From Cetorhinus maximus (lineage: Eukaryota), in contig NC_135884.1 of NCBI RefSeq assembly GCF_964194155.1, forward strand, positions 125,674,001 through 125,738,000: a DNA stretch of 64,000 nt. Direction: 5' to 3'. Within the stretch, counting starts at the first letter, position 1, and the number at the start of each line of letters is the position of its first letter. The position numbers and the translations under genes are program-made. The notes under the pieces are model-generated. The model was not told the origin of the DNA. It saw only the letters and a program-made list of their open reading frames with translations, and ran no database searches. Shown here one piece after another: positions 51,315 to 64,000 of this stretch.

Positions 51315-53100
51315 TCTCAGAATTGTTACAGTGCAGAAGGAGGCCATTCGGCCTATTGTGTCCGCACTGGCTCTCCGAATGAGCATTTCTCCTGCCTTCT
51401 CACAACCATGAACATTCTTCCTTTTTAGGCACTGGGCGTGAAAAAGTTCTCTCTCATATCGCTTTTGCTTCTTCTGTCAATTACTTTAAAGCTGTGCCCT
51501 CTTGCTTTCAATCTGTTCATGAATGGGAACAGTTTCTCTTTACTCTGTCCAGAACCCTCATGATTTTGAATACCTCTATGAAATCTCCTCTCAGCCTTCT
51601 CTTCTCCAAGTAAAACAGACCTAGCGCCTCTAATCTATCTTCATTAATGAAGTCCCTCATCCCTGGAACCATTCTTGTGATTTTTTTCTGCACTCTCTCT
51701 AATACCTTCACATCCATCCTAAAGTGCAGCACCCAGAAATGGACGCAATAGTCCAGCTGAGACCGAACTAGTGTCTCATACAAGTTCAATATAACCTCTA
51801 AGATAAAAGTAAAATACTGCGGATGCTGGAAATCTGAAACAAAAACAAAAATTGCTGGAAAAGCTCAGCAGGTCTGACAGCATTTGTGGAGAGAAAGACA
51901 GAATTAACGTTTCGAGTCCGTATGACTCTTCTTCAGAATTAAAGAGAAGTAAAAATGTGGTGAAATATGCACTGTTTAAGGTGGGGGGTGCGGGGGGGGA
52001 CACACACAGGTGAAGCTGCATAGAAGGCCAGTGATATGTGGAGGTAAAGGAGAGACATAACCTTCTTGCTCTTGTATTCTATGTCCCTATTAATAAAGCC
52101 TAGATTATGCTTTATTAACTGCACTCTCAACTTGTCCTGACACCTTCAATGATTTATGCACATATACATCCAGGACCCTCTGCTCCTGCATGCCCTTTAG
52201 AGTCAACTCTTTATTTGTATTGTCTCTCCATGTTCTTCCTACCAAAATGAATCACTTCACATTTCCTTGCATTGAACTTAATTTGCCACCTGACCACCCG
52301 TTCCAACAACCTGTCTATGTTTTCTTGAAGTTTTACACTATCCTTCTCACAGTTCAGAATGCTTTTGCGTTTCATATCATCCACAAATTTTGAAATTATG
52401 CCCTGTATACCAAGGTCTAGGTAATTGATATATGTCAAGAAAACCAAGGGTCCCAACACTGACCACTTGGGAACTCCACTACAAACCTTCCTCCAGCCTG
52501 AAAATCAGCCATTAATTACTACTCTCTCTCTGTCATGCAGCCAATTTTGTATCCATGTTGCTACTGTCCCTTTTATTCCTAAGGCCATAACTTTGATACA
52601 GTGCTGCACAGATTAGTGAGCAAAGTCCATGTAGACCGTATAAAAAGCATTGCCCTCATCAACTCTTTCTGTTAGTTTTTAAAAAAAATTCCAACAAGTT
52701 AATTAAACACTGTTTTCCCTTAAGAAGTCCATCCTGAGTTCCTTTGTTTAACCTGCATTTGTCCATGCAACTATTAATTTTGTCCCTGACTATTGTTTCT
52801 CTCCCACCATCGAAGTTAAACTGACAGGCCTGTAATTGCTGGGCTTATCTTTACACCCTTTTTTGAATAAGGGTATAACATTTGCAATTCTCCAGACTTT
52901 GACACCTTGCCTGAGTTTAAGGTAATCTAAAAAATGATGGCCAGTGGCTCCGCAATTTCCACTCTCACTTCCCTTGTTACGTTTGGATGCATCTCATCCA
53001 GTCCTGGTGCCTTATCAATTTAAGGTACGGGCAGCCTATCCAGTGCCGCCTCCTTATCAATTGCAAACCCTTCTAGTGTCTGAAATACCTCCTCTTTCTA
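51315..53100 (-). mobile_element. CR1 LINE RT region and 3' end, interrupted by a Penelope-type insert
   Basis: LGPLVFLTYINYLD..ISKFVDD, WQIKFNARKCEV, LYETLVRSQLDYCVHFW. Confidence 0.88.
51800..52056 (-). mobile_element. Penelope-like terminus with canonical-core minimal hammerhead at 51902-51940
   Basis: Minus strand AATT-CTGAAGA-A-GAGTC-atacg-GACTC-GAAA-CG-TT-AATT; duplicated ataacct at 51791-51797 and 52057-52063. Confidence 0.8.
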
Positions 53101-53469
53101 TCTGACCTCTGTATGGGAAAGACTTTGTGTCACACCCTCTTTAAAGCCGCAAACTAAACTGTCCATATATTCATACAAATAGTTTTTAGCTATAATGATA
53201 GTTGAAATAAATTACATGAAATAATTGTCACATATGATAGACAAGGAATTTTAGTATTGATCGTATGACTAATCAGAAATTGATAACTGGGGATATTATA
53301 ATAGTGCACTAATATTGACTGAATTGATACTGTCTTTTGATAAGCCAGTTTTTATTCTCATTATGGCTGTAAATACAGGATTCAGAAACAACAATTGAAT
53401 TGAATTTGAAATGTTTGATTGATTATTGGAGTCGTTAAATTGTCGTGAAACTAAAATTTTTTCATTATA

Positions 53470-54364
53470 TTATTGTGGTTTATTGTGAAGTAGGTTTCTG
53501 GGGTAAGTATAGTTGGGTATATGTGTGATTTAATTACATTTTGTAGTCAAGTAGACTGCAAGTTTTAACTCATCAAAAGAAGCTAGGTGCTTGACATGCT
53601 AATGAGTAAACATGCATGCTGGCTTAGCATGTAAGATGTGAAGGGAATTTGCATTTTTAGATAAACAAAGGAAGATTTGGATTTCAAAGGGCTCTTAGTC
53701 TGTTCACAACTAGCCAGATAAGCAAGGCTAAGGAATGTGTTTATTTTTCCCAAAGGTTACTGACAATATATAGTGGCAACATGAAAATTTTTTATAATAT
53801 GAGGACAATACAGTTTCAAAGACATAAGGAACAATAAAATTTACATATTAAAAAGAGAAAAACGTATATAAATGAGAATGAAAGTTTGTGTCAGAAGGCG
53901 ATATAAGATCTAACAGGAGTGTGTGAAATAGCTTTAATGAAGCCCCCAGCATTTGAGCATAAGTCTGCTGTCTGACGAAACTGAAGTTGGGGAAAAGCCA
54001 TTTGGAATTCCACTGTCCAGTGTATCGTGTTAACTTGCTGAGTTTGTTTTAAATTTAAAATCTATTTTGGACTGTTGCATTAAAGGAAGTGTAACTGGGA
54101 GTTAGGTTAATTAGGAATTTTAAGAGTTATTATAGTAGTAAGTAACTGTAGTCTTATGTATGTGCTTGAAATCTTTTATATTTTGTTAATGAATATTTTA
54201 ATTTAATTTTTAAAATTTCTAAAGGTCACGGTGGACCTATTGCTTCCGAATTCAGTGCACACATCTCGTAATAAATACAAATTGCAAAACTGCTGTGATA
54301 GCGCGACTAACTATCCCTTGTGGATCTGGTCCACCAAGCACACATTATCGGCCACATCGTAACA
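53470..54364. mobile_element. Solo LTR-like element
   Basis: TATA-like tatataaa (~53865), AATAAA (54270), ends atcgTAACA at 54364; left end uncertain. Confidence 0.45.
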
Positions 54365-54566
54365 ATCTATTAATAATAAGAACAAAGGAATGTGTCCAAA
54401 AAATGACCAATTAACCTGGGAGTGTTGGGGAATGAAGGGAACAGAGGAAAAATAACTATAGTGTAGTCTTGTCTTGCTCAGTTTTTTTTTCGATGGTCTT
54501 AAGAAAATCTTTCATTCATTGATGTACAGCAAGTAAGAGAGTTCACAAAGTCTTTAAATTCTTCAG

Positions 54567-54676
54567 GTACAAGACCCCGCAGGCATAGACAAAGATGCTC
54601 TTCAGAGCTTCAACTGAAAGACACCGTGATTCGATTTATGAGGCATCATCAGAATCTTGGTGACCTACTCCTAGAG
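54567..54676 (+). CDS. FANCA: FANCA coding exon 2
   Basis: (G)TRPRRHRQRCSSELQLKDTVIRFMRHHQNLGDLLLE vs human ..[22 protein letters not shown]; ttcag/gtaa borders; 110 nt. Confidence 0.93.
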
Positions 54677-54819
54677 GTAATATTCATGGCATATCTTAAC
54701 TCAGCTACTAAGTACAAGAATGTGAGCAATGTTAGTTCTGTGTGTGGGAAAGGTGCATTTCCTGTTAATAGAACAGAAATTTCAGTTAGAAATAAGAAAA
54801 ATAACTATTTATTTTATAG

Positions 54820-54913
54820 GTACATGGGTCGATGAGTGGATATTTATCTCGCCATAGTAAAGTTAACTCTGAGGATCATGATGCCAATACTCCTGGTAGA
54901 AGTCCTTTTATAG
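54820..54913 (+). CDS. FANCA: FANCA coding exon 3
   Basis: VHGSMSGYLSRHSKVNSEDHDANTPGRSPFI; tttatag/gtaag borders; 94 nt; frame continuous. Confidence 0.88.
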
Positions 54914-55914
54914 GTAAGTTTATTATATAATTGCATACACAATGTTTGTCTTTTTAAGTCTGCATTCATAGTTCCTGTCAACATTTTTCCTGTGACTGTT
55001 TTCATGCAACGATTACGTGGGTTACACAGATAGCCATTGTTGGCAAAAACTGACCGAATGCACAATAGACCCCTGTGTAAAGTGCAGCCTTTTCATTTAC
55101 TGCAGTTATGATGATCTGAAGCTGTTCATGAAGTTTACTATTTGTAAATAGGTGCAGTACAGACAAACATTGCTGAGGTCGCCTGAATTCACATTGCAGA
55201 TTAATGCACAAGATTGATGCAGTTGCTATGGATATAAGGACACTAAATCAGGGGATAGTAATTGTAAACCATAATACCACTGTTAACCAGATAGATCCCA
55301 CTGCAATTAAACTGTGAATCCCTGCAGTAAGAAGTGCTGATGTGTCATTGTGAAGCATTGTGTCCACAGCTCAGCTTAGGTCAATAATAGGCTGTTGGGA
55401 AGAAACCCAAGTGAGAATGTCATCCTAAACCAGAATTTTGACCCAAGTCTCTCTCTCTCTAGGATGTAGTGCATTAATGGATTGCACCACTCGCCTGCTG
55501 CTCATGTTAATTTGGCCACACTTAAGATGTAGCCTGTATATATAAAAAAAAGTCACATTAAGAAAACAACACTGGCGAAAGGACAAATAAAACGCTTGTT
55601 TAAAACTAGGCGGTTTAAAATGAAAGGTTTAGTCCATTTATGTTCCAATGTCAGAACAATGTGTTCTGTTTTATGTTTTATAGCATTATTTGGTATACTT
55701 GACACTTCTGCAAATGCAAGGATGACTTAACCCCAGTCAGCTAGTTGCAGCTAAGATCGGGTGCTGAATGAAGCAGGAGATAAACCTACATTCATTGCTA
55801 CGCCTTGCCATTGAGCATTAGACATTTGAGCCACTGTACAACCCAATACATGTTACTTCTAGGTAAAGTTGATGACATTGTTGATTGTCTGCCGCATGGG
55901 TATGACAGTTTAGG

Positions 55915-56312
55915 GATTATGTTACTATGCTAATAATCGAGAGGTCTGGACTCATGGTCCAAAGAAAAATTCAAATCCCACCATAGCAACTGGGAAATTC
56001 CAATTCAATTAAGTAAATACATCTTGAATTTAAAAAGCTGATATCAGTAACGATGAGATTAAACTACCGAATTGTTGAAAACCCTTCTGCTTCATTAGCG
56101 CCCTTTAGGGAAGGAAATCTTTCGTCCTTGTATGGTCTGGCTTAGATGTGATGCTGGACCCACAGCGAAGTGGTTGACTCTTAACTGCCCTCCGAAATAG
56201 CCGAGCAAGCCACTCAGTTGTATTCGAGAAAGTGGCCTGCCACCACCTTTTCAAGGATAGTTAGGGATGGACAATAAATGCTGGCCTTGCCAGTAATGCA
56301 TACGTACCAGTA
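55915..56312 (+). mobile_element. tRNA-headed SINE-like LINE derivative, degenerate
   Basis: ttcaaatcccacc, ctttagggaaggaaatct and gcaagccactcagttgtat joined to ccaccaccttttcaagg..ttagggatggacaataaatgctggcc. Confidence 0.8.
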
Positions 56313-56377
56313 ATTAATTTTTAATTTTGTAACCAATTTTTCTAATGCACTAACTAACCAGCATGTTTCTTTCTCAG

Positions 56378-56520
56378 CCTCAGTTCTACAAGAGCAGGCT
56401 TTGCAGATGGACCTGTCTGTTGGACTTTTATCTGCCAGAGCAGCCATGGAGCAAGTTCAACAAATTATGCAACTTGGGGTTATGCCCAAACGCGCTGTTA
56501 TATTGGATTCGGTTCAACGT
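56378..56520 (+). CDS. FANCA: FANCA coding exon 4
   Basis: ASVLQEQALQMDLSVGLLSARAAMEQVQQI..VILDSVQR vs human [28 protein letters not shown]; 143 nt; ctcag/gtagg borders. Confidence 0.93.
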
Positions 56521-56885
56521 GTAGGTGAATTTCTTTTGATCAGACCAATATAAGCATGCAAATGGTGGCAGTAAATATTCATAACAGGGTGGGAAAAAAT
56601 ATTCTAAATTATCCACAGTTGCCATGTGGTAGATCTGAATTTGCGACTGATTTAGCACAACATCTGTGGATTAACATACAGTAGTAATTGCTTTGAGATT
56701 GTTCAGTTTCTGTTGAAAATAGTGGGAAAGGAGGAATGTTTAGATTCTTTCAACTGTTTTGACAAAGGCTTGTTTGGATACCTTTCCAATGCCTAGATTC
56801 TAGGACTATATTGCTCTCAGTTTGGCGAACGTTCTTTGGACCTGTAGGTAGCTTGATGGGATGAGTGGTATTGTGGGTTAACATG

Positions 56886-57507
56886 AGCCAGAGTATTGCC
56901 CTCAGTGTGTGGGGGCGGGCTCGACACGCAGGCACGCAAGATGATGCGAGATGACATCGGGCGTGCGTCATTTAGATCTTTCGCTCACCTCCAGCGCACG
57001 CCCGCCGAACTGTCAACGGCCTATTAAGGTTGGCAGGCAGGCGAAGAGCCCAAGTGGCCTTCGCGTTTTCCAGGAAGCCTCATTCACGGGCAGGATGAGG
57101 ATTTCTGAAGGTTTTATAAAATTAATAAATAAATTTGGTGAACTTGACAAACATGTCCCAGCTCATGTGACACTGTCACATGAGGGGATATGTTTAAATA
57201 ATTTCTAACTATATTTATAACAAAATCTTTTTATCAACTTAATCTCCTTGAAGCAGCTCTGTGCCTCAGGGAGATTTCTGCGCTCTTTCACACGCATGCA
57301 CAAAAGAGCGCAGGCCCCGACTCTCCCTCCTCCCCCCGCCTGCACAGGTAGCGCTGAGCGCTACAGGCCATGTGTTACACTGGGTGGGCCTTAATTGGCC
57401 TGCCCACGTAAAATGGCGGCGTGCAGCCGATTGCAAGCGGCGATCGGCTCCTCGCCTGCCAGCACCTGCTCGCACCCAGATCGCCTGACATAGGTAAGAT
57501 GCAGCCC
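56886..57507. mobile_element. Harbinger-family MITE, inverted relative to 35200-35886
   Basis: Decayed TIRs agccagagtatt / aagatgcagccc; TSD ATG at 56883-56885 and 57508-57510; shares the internal acatgtccc..catgtgaca.tgtcac hairpin. Confidence 0.85.
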
Positions 57508-58186
57508 ATGGTCTTTTCAAGTCAGGATCTTGGGTATGAATCCAACTCTGACTGACTGGGTGAAAGGTTTTTTTTAAATTTGTGGCCCTTTGTTCTCAGT
57601 GAAAAGAATTTAAGCAGCCACCATTTTGTAGTGCTTCCTCAATACAAAATCGTCCTGAATTGACAGCATTTGGCAATCTTACTCAAGGGATTACAGGATG
57701 GCTGATGGGGAAATGGAAATATCACACTTGTGCACTAGGTGGGAACTATGCTACATTTTTGAATCAGAGTAGAGGGAGCATGACTCTAATTGTATTTGAA
57801 ATAGAATATCTGAAATAGAAAAGTGCTTGATTCTCTGACATTAAAAATTTCTTGCCTTGATGAGTACAGAAATTCATCAAAATACTTGAGGGGCTGGGTT
57901 GGGGTGTGGGGAGTAAGCTGTCCAATGATTTGGACTAATTCTGGAATATTTTAAATGGTCAGAATCAAGACTTTAAAAAAGGAATGCACGTAATAATTGG
58001 AAAAATAAACAGTTAATAGGTTTTGTTTTTAGTGAAAAGTAAGTAATCTAGGACAGTGGAAACTGACCACAATCCACAAAAAAAAGGAATAAAGTAGTTG
58101 TTCTGTAACAGAACAATACTGAAGAGTGCCAATTTTTATTCTTTTGATGTCATTGTTCGCTAACACTGACTTAATTCATATTCCAG

Positions 58187-58282
58187 AGTATGCTTGCCTG
58201 TTTACTTCAGAATATGCAAGAACTGTTGTCCTCCAACATCCTCAGCCGACTGCAATTCTGTGAGGAAATTTGGAAAGCAAAG
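58187..58282 (+). CDS. FANCA: FANCA coding exon 5
   Basis: SMLACLLQNMQELLSSNILSRLQFCEEIWKAK vs human [32 protein letters not shown]; 96 nt; ttccag/gtgag borders. Confidence 0.93.
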
Positions 58283-58292
58283 GTGAGGAAAA

Positions 58293-58615
58293 ACCCCAGG
58301 GTAATGCTCTGGGGACCTGGGTTCGAATCCCACCAAGGCAGATGGTGGAATTTGAATTCAATAAAAATCTGGAAATAAAAAGTCTAATGATGATCATGAA
58401 ACCATTGTCGATTGTTGTAAAAACCCATCTGGTTCACTAATGTCCTTTAGGGAAGGAAATCTGCTGTCCTTACCTGGTCTGGCCTGCATGTGACTCCAGA
58501 CCCACAGCAATGTCATTGACTCTTAACTGCCCTCTGAACAAGGGCAGTTAGGGATGGATAATAAATGCCTAGCCAGTGATGCCCACACCCCATGAATGAA
58601 TTGAATTTAAAAAAA
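58293..58615 (+). mobile_element. tRNA-headed SINE-like LINE derivative (5'-clipped)
   Basis: B box gggttcgaatccc, LINE 5' sequence up to gccctctgaa, then the LINE 3' tail caagggcagttagggatgg..atgaatgaa and an A-run. Confidence 0.88.
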
Positions 58616-58884
58616 GGTTCAGTGGGGTGTAACTATAGGATCACAACTAAATCTGTATCTCTGTTGGGGACATGTCAGTGGTGAACCTGAGATAAGTTAC
58701 TTGCATTGCAATAGCAACATAATCTAATTCTTGTAGAAAATATCAAATTTGTCGAACTGTATTTAATCCAAGCTAAATTCCAATTTAGTGCTCTTGACAC
58801 GTGTTAGCATAATAGTGTAACAGATTTTAAAATGAATATTTCATGAAGCATTTCATATTTTCATTTATATAATATTTACTGAGA

Positions 58885-59870
58885 GTTATGATCTCCATAG
58901 AAACAGATAACTTTTAAAAAGAAATTTGAACTTCCATTTAATAGCAGCTGAAAGAATGACATGTCAGGTTTTAACATTTTAAAACTTTTACTGTAACAAA
59001 TGACTAAAAGCACAATTGACTATACACTATTTTCTTTTTGGAGGCAGCTTATACTTTAAACTGCAGAGGAACATTCCCCCTCTATACTTTTCACACATCG
59101 GACTCCCCACCGAATTATAGTCTTTCAGCAAACAGTCCAGTTATTCTCAGCTTCCCAGGTCCTGTATCCCTGTTTTGCTGAGTAGTAACTTTGAGTGACC
59201 ATCTCCAGGCACTTTCCTCAGTTTTTGCAGAGTTCCCTAAATCCACCACCAGCAATAAAGCCTGTCCTGATGATTCTTCTTCCCCAGGCCATGTCAGAAC
59301 AAATCTCCTGGAATCCGTGGAAGGCTGCAGAATAAAATACTAGAGGCCATCTCCCTCCTGCATCTGGTTATGGTAGCTCCCAAAGTCAAGCAGCTTTTTT
59401 TCTCCGCTGACCACACAGAATCTCTACTGTCTGTCTGCGATGTTCACTGCTTTGTAGGGAAGCCTGTAACCTGATCTCAGAAGTGGCTACTTCTGCCCTC
59501 TTCCTCATGGCAACATAAACCGCATTAGCCTTGTATCTAGGTAGAAATGCTAATTAACTATTCGTGACTTCAACACCCTTTCACCTTAGAAGTAAATGAA
59601 TGGTTTACAGAACAACTGTTTGTAACCTGATACTAACAATGTTTTTCTTGGACTTTGGGAGACTCAGAGTCTACTCGTTGTAAACTCAGAGACTGCTGCC
59701 ATTTTCTCCAAACATGAATACCTTTCACCTTCTTCGCAGTAAAATGATTGAAGTCTTCCTTTGATCTCTAACAATCAAAGCACCCAAGCTTACTATCAGG
59801 CAGACTTCAGAATAGGTCACATAAACCCCATCATCTACCCTAAATTTAAAGCTACAGTCTCAAAATATAA
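58885..59870. mobile_element. Solo LTR-like element, same family as 24388-25418
   Basis: gttatgatc start, acttttactgtaacaaa..ctaaaagc, aggtagaaatgctaatta, ends acagtctcaaaatataa. Confidence 0.65.
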
Positions 59871-61064
59871 TCTTATAAATGTCATAATTGTGATGGTTGG
59901 ATGAAAAGTTTATTTCTTTGGTTGCTTTTGTTGGCCTTAAAATAACCAACCAAGAAAATTAAGGTGTTACAGTCTGGCCTGAGTCAGATTGAATCTTTGT
60001 CCGGCTGTTTGGTGCATAAGGTGTCCTCCTCTTTTCGTCATCGGTTGCATAGGCACTTTCTTGACTTAAAAGCGATAACTACAGATAGCAATTCAGTGTG
60101 ATTAGTAGAATATTTTGTGCTGAAAATTCACAATTTCCTCCAACTCAGCATTTTATTGCAAAAAATCTCAATGCATGGGGCTTTCTCTTTTAATAGAACT
60201 GGAATATAAAACAACACTGTCTTGTACAATCTGATGATGTTTAGATATTCAGTTGTTTGTGGTGCTATGTGAGTTTCATTTCAAGGAATTCTAAATAATG
60301 TAGGCTTGTCACATTTCTAAAATGCTCTTAAGGACAAGGGGATCTATAACACGCCTAAGCATTACTATTTTTAGAATGAAAAATATTCATGACACTTTTC
60401 CTGCCTTCAGAAGGCTTCCCTGTGAGCAAAAGCTGCAGACTGACAATATCCCTGTGGCTCAGAATCATAATTTTTGCTGGTGTTATATTCTGAAGGTGTG
60501 TCTTTGCCAGATAGCTAATGGTAGTACAAGCTGCAAAGCCAATTATAGTAATATTGTGCAGCTGGAGTAAATACCTCAAAATTAAATATAGTAGCAATTT
60601 TGTAGAATTGTACAATATCTTCTGTGACCAAAAATTTGCTCAGTATGAAATGAAGTGCACTTTTGCTGGACAGCCACCTGATTTTATTAGTGGTTTTGTT
60701 TGGTATGTGTGCCTTATTTTCTGTTGTAATTTGTGTTTAATTAAAACATAATAGTGGACTAAATGAAATCTGTATTTCCTACTATGGTATATTACCTATT
60801 GTAATGCTTCCTCCTAACTACCAGCTCCTCGTTAATTTGTGATGTGAAATAAAGCTTTTAAGAATATTTTTCTATCTTCCTGCCAGTGATTTAGAATTAT
60901 ATGTAGAGCATTCATTTTTTAAATTATAAGTCTTTGGTTACTGATGTTGATTTATTTTCTAGTTGATGGTTTACCTGGTACTGTATACATCATACATTCT
61001 CATGGTAAGGGCTGCGTGCTGATGCTGTTGCTGATAGAGACAATATAACTTTTCTTTGACATAG

Positions 61065-61138
61065 GAACTACTGACTCTGGAAATTATTTGGCATTTGCAC
61101 AAGAAGAACATTGTGAGCCTTGAAGAGCTGGTAGTGAG
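61065..61138 (+). CDS. FANCA: FANCA coding exon 6
   Basis: ELLTLEIIWHLHKKNIVSLEELVV(S) vs human [25 protein letters not shown]; 74 nt. Confidence 0.94.
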
Positions 61139-61710
61139 GTATGTCCATAAAAGAAATAAATAGTGTTCTGTATCCCATCGGCAATGATTGGCAGCATGGT
61201 GGCAACATTGCTGAGTGACTGGTTGTCTTTTGAGGTCATGCAGATTGTTTTCAGGTGGGGTTGTAGAAAGAATCAAGTACCTTTTTTAAAGTGTTACTGC
61301 TGTAATATTTTCTATGCCAATATTAGGACTTCATTCCCAAGAGACTGAATTTTGTCACTGATCCTTGGCCTCTACTTTTCCACTTAATCAAATGGCAGCA
61401 CTGTAATCTAGAAGTGGAAACAGACAGGGCTGGAGCAATGAGAAGCAAATGCAATGATGTGTGAAATTGGGGAATTGGTCCAGCAGAGTTTTAGACAAGC
61501 TGGAAGAGAACAAGGGACTGTCATGATGATATCCAGCATTTTCTTCTTTTTTTAAACAAAACCATTATACAATCTTACAGAGTCAAAAGAAATTGTGGAG
61601 GATTGTTTTATTCAAAGTTAGAGTGTGTAAACTTTATAATCTGATGTTTAAAACCATACCTGCAAGCCGATAGGAAGAGAAGAAGCCCTGATTTTCTGCT
61701 CTGTGTACAG

Positions 61711-61823
61711 TAACCCTGACGCAACTGCTGTGATAATCTGGCTCTTCAATGATCTGTGCCTCCTTTGTTTGGGAACTGAAGATGATCGCCAACATGAAGA
61801 TATACAGAGGCAGATATTATCAG
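61711..61823 (+). CDS. FANCA: FANCA coding exon 7
   Basis: NPDATAVIIWLFNDLCLLCLGTEDDRQHEDIQRQILS vs human [34 protein letters not shown]; 113 nt. Confidence 0.94.
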
Positions 61824-63418
61824 GTAGGAAGGATGGTTGAAATACTGAAACGAGCAGTGCATGCAAAACACTCTATCTTCTAAGTTAATTAAAGTGAATA
61901 AATAATTCCATACTGAAGTTGATCAGCTTAAGTGCCATTAGCTCTATTAGGTAGGTGTTTTTAATCATTTTTGTTTACTTTTGTGTGCCTCAGCCTATTG
62001 ACAATGCTCTGCCACTGTAAGCATTTTGTTCCCATAACTCGTATCTACCTAAATCAGCAGTGTTACATTGCATCTTTCCAGAAGTACTGTCCTGAGTTGT
62101 GATATAATGGGAGCTGACAGTTTATAATGAGGAAACCTAAAAAAAAATCACCACTTCACATTGTGCTAAGTGCCAATAATGTGGCCTTATGAAAGTGCTG
62201 TTTCCTTTACAAGCTCAATGTCTGCCCTTTGAATTTTTGCACATTTGATACTGCTGAAGTGTCTTTATTTATATAATTACACCTTTACTTTGAGCAATAG
62301 AAGCATCTTTGGAAGCATTTATTCATTTTCATAGAAATAGATTTCTTTGAGCAATTTGTTCCACATATTGTTTTCTTCATTAAAAGTTCTTTCTGCCTTC
62401 ACTTATTGTTAGAAATGAATATCTACTGTTTGCAGGCTGATGTGGTCGAAGCAATGCATTTTGCTCTGAAACTGATTCAAGAATTAAAAAACACTTGACC
62501 AAACAACACCAAAATCATTGGCCCAAAATGTCCTTGAATTTTTCGGCATTATTACGGCATGAGAATGGAATTGTGCCATTTTTGAGGAAATCGATGCACA
62601 ATTAGTTTACTTTAATTCTACACCAAAACCTCACTTGCTCTGCCTCGGATACATCTGCCAAAGCCTCTCTGCTCATTTACATAGCAAGGCCCATGCAAAA
62701 GACAAACACATGGGAGTTTCTTATATTTTATGCTTGTTTAACGCAAGTTTTTGCAATTCAGCTTTGGTAAATGTGCTCTACAGAAAATTTTGGTATAAGT
62801 TCCCATTAGCAAGACTGCTGCAGGAACAGGGTAAATTTCTGTGCAATTGCGGCCATTGACCCAGTGGTGTTGGATGGCTAATAGATATGAGTTTAATACA
62901 ACCCATTACGTTTTCCTCGGGTGTTGAGTTTGCCAACTGTGGCCTGATTTCTGGACAAGGTACCTTCATCCACCATGAGAAGAGATCTCTTGGCAGATCA
63001 ACCAAGAAGTTTCATTGGTGATTGTCAGTGTGCCTAAGTGTCTGAGGGTTGTATTATTATACTGAACTGTTGTATTAATTTTAGACTGTAGGATTCTGTT
63101 GTTATTCATCTGTATTGCAACAATGTGTCTTTAATGTGTTTTTCAACAAAGATTCATGAACTTTCATGTAAGTGAATAAGAAAGCAAGAATAGAACCGAT
63201 AATGTAGTATGTGAATAACAATAAAGGCTAGGCATATACAACACATCTATACAGCTCAAACATTTTCCCATCTTTTCTCTCTTCAGATGCTCTGTTTCCA
63301 GGATTTTCTGTTTTTTTTTAAATTTCTGATTTCCAGCATTTGTTTACTTCCACAGTGATAATGTTTCTGATTGCCTGTTTCGTATTTGTGGTTACTAAAT
63401 ATTAATTTGTCTTTTCAG

Positions 63419-63501
63419 ATATTGTGACTGTGTTAGTAAGAAATGGATTTCAGGAAATAAATGTTGTGGGGTCAGATCCTAAAGTGCAGCACTTTCCACA
63501 G
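63419..63501 (+). CDS. FANCA: FANCA coding exon 8 (gene continues beyond the window)
   Basis: DIVTVLVRNGFQEINVVGSDPKVQHFPQ vs human DFVQMFVLRGFQKN..MPQ; 83 nt; tttcag/gtgag borders. Confidence 0.92.
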
Positions 63502-63758
63502 GTGAGGATGATTCAAGATGCTACACCTTCACCAGGCCCCAGAATTACTAATGGAGGCCTGCAGTGTTTGTGAAATTGCAACCTTTTAAATCCAGAACAT
63601 GAACATTATTCAACTCAATAGATGTGCAACCTGCTAACACGTTGTTAACCCTATATCCTTCCAGTACCACTCCCATGGCCAAAATTCTTTCAAAATACAC
63701 ACTTTTTAGAAAGGGAAATGTTTAATTCTGTGAAATACTATTGATCTTTAGATAAACA

Positions 63759-64000
63759 TGTTAGGATCTCTGTAGGATCTGTAGAGATCAATACTTTTAA
63801 AGAGAAATTCAAACTGTCAGTTAACATCTGAAAGAATAACATGCTTTGGCATGTTATTTTCAAACTTTTATCATATCAAATGACTAAAAACACTATTGAC
63901 CAAACACTATTTTCTTTTGTAGGCAACTTATACTTTAAACTATAGAAATAAACAGTTCCTTTTTACTCACTGTGCATTGTACTCTCCACTGAATTACAGT
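63759..64000. mobile_element. Start of a third LTR-like copy (family of 24388 and 58885), cut by the window end
   Basis: tgttaggatc start; aaatgactaaaa..acactattttcttttg..ggcaacttatactttaaact shared with 59000-59062. Confidence 0.6.

Overview
Eukaryotic, repeat-rich vertebrate genomic DNA; the repeat families suggest a cartilaginous fish (shark-like), which is inference. Two host genes lie head-to-head. SPIRE2 is on the - strand: its KIND-domain first coding exon is 21331-21616, and 1-21330 is intron. FANCA is on the + strand: eight coding exons between 40641 and 63501 have GT-AG borders and an open spliced frame, and exons 2-8 match human FANCA exon lengths as I recall them. A candidate FANCA promoter near 39600 is followed by a 50-bp minisatellite. 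The rest is mostly transposon-derived: a decayed two-gene PIF/Harbinger element with two related MITEs, a hAT MITE, a Tx1 LINE end, many nested CR1 LINEs, a LINE with a tRNA-like head plus SINE-like deletion derivatives, DeuSINE/LF-SINE-like relics and solo LTR-like elements. The most unusual signals are short TSD-flanked Penelope-derived inserts (some fold-back) carrying minimal hammerhead-ribozyme motifs, and a 462-bp near-perfect palindrome between the two genes. All family assignments come from recalled motifs, not database searches.
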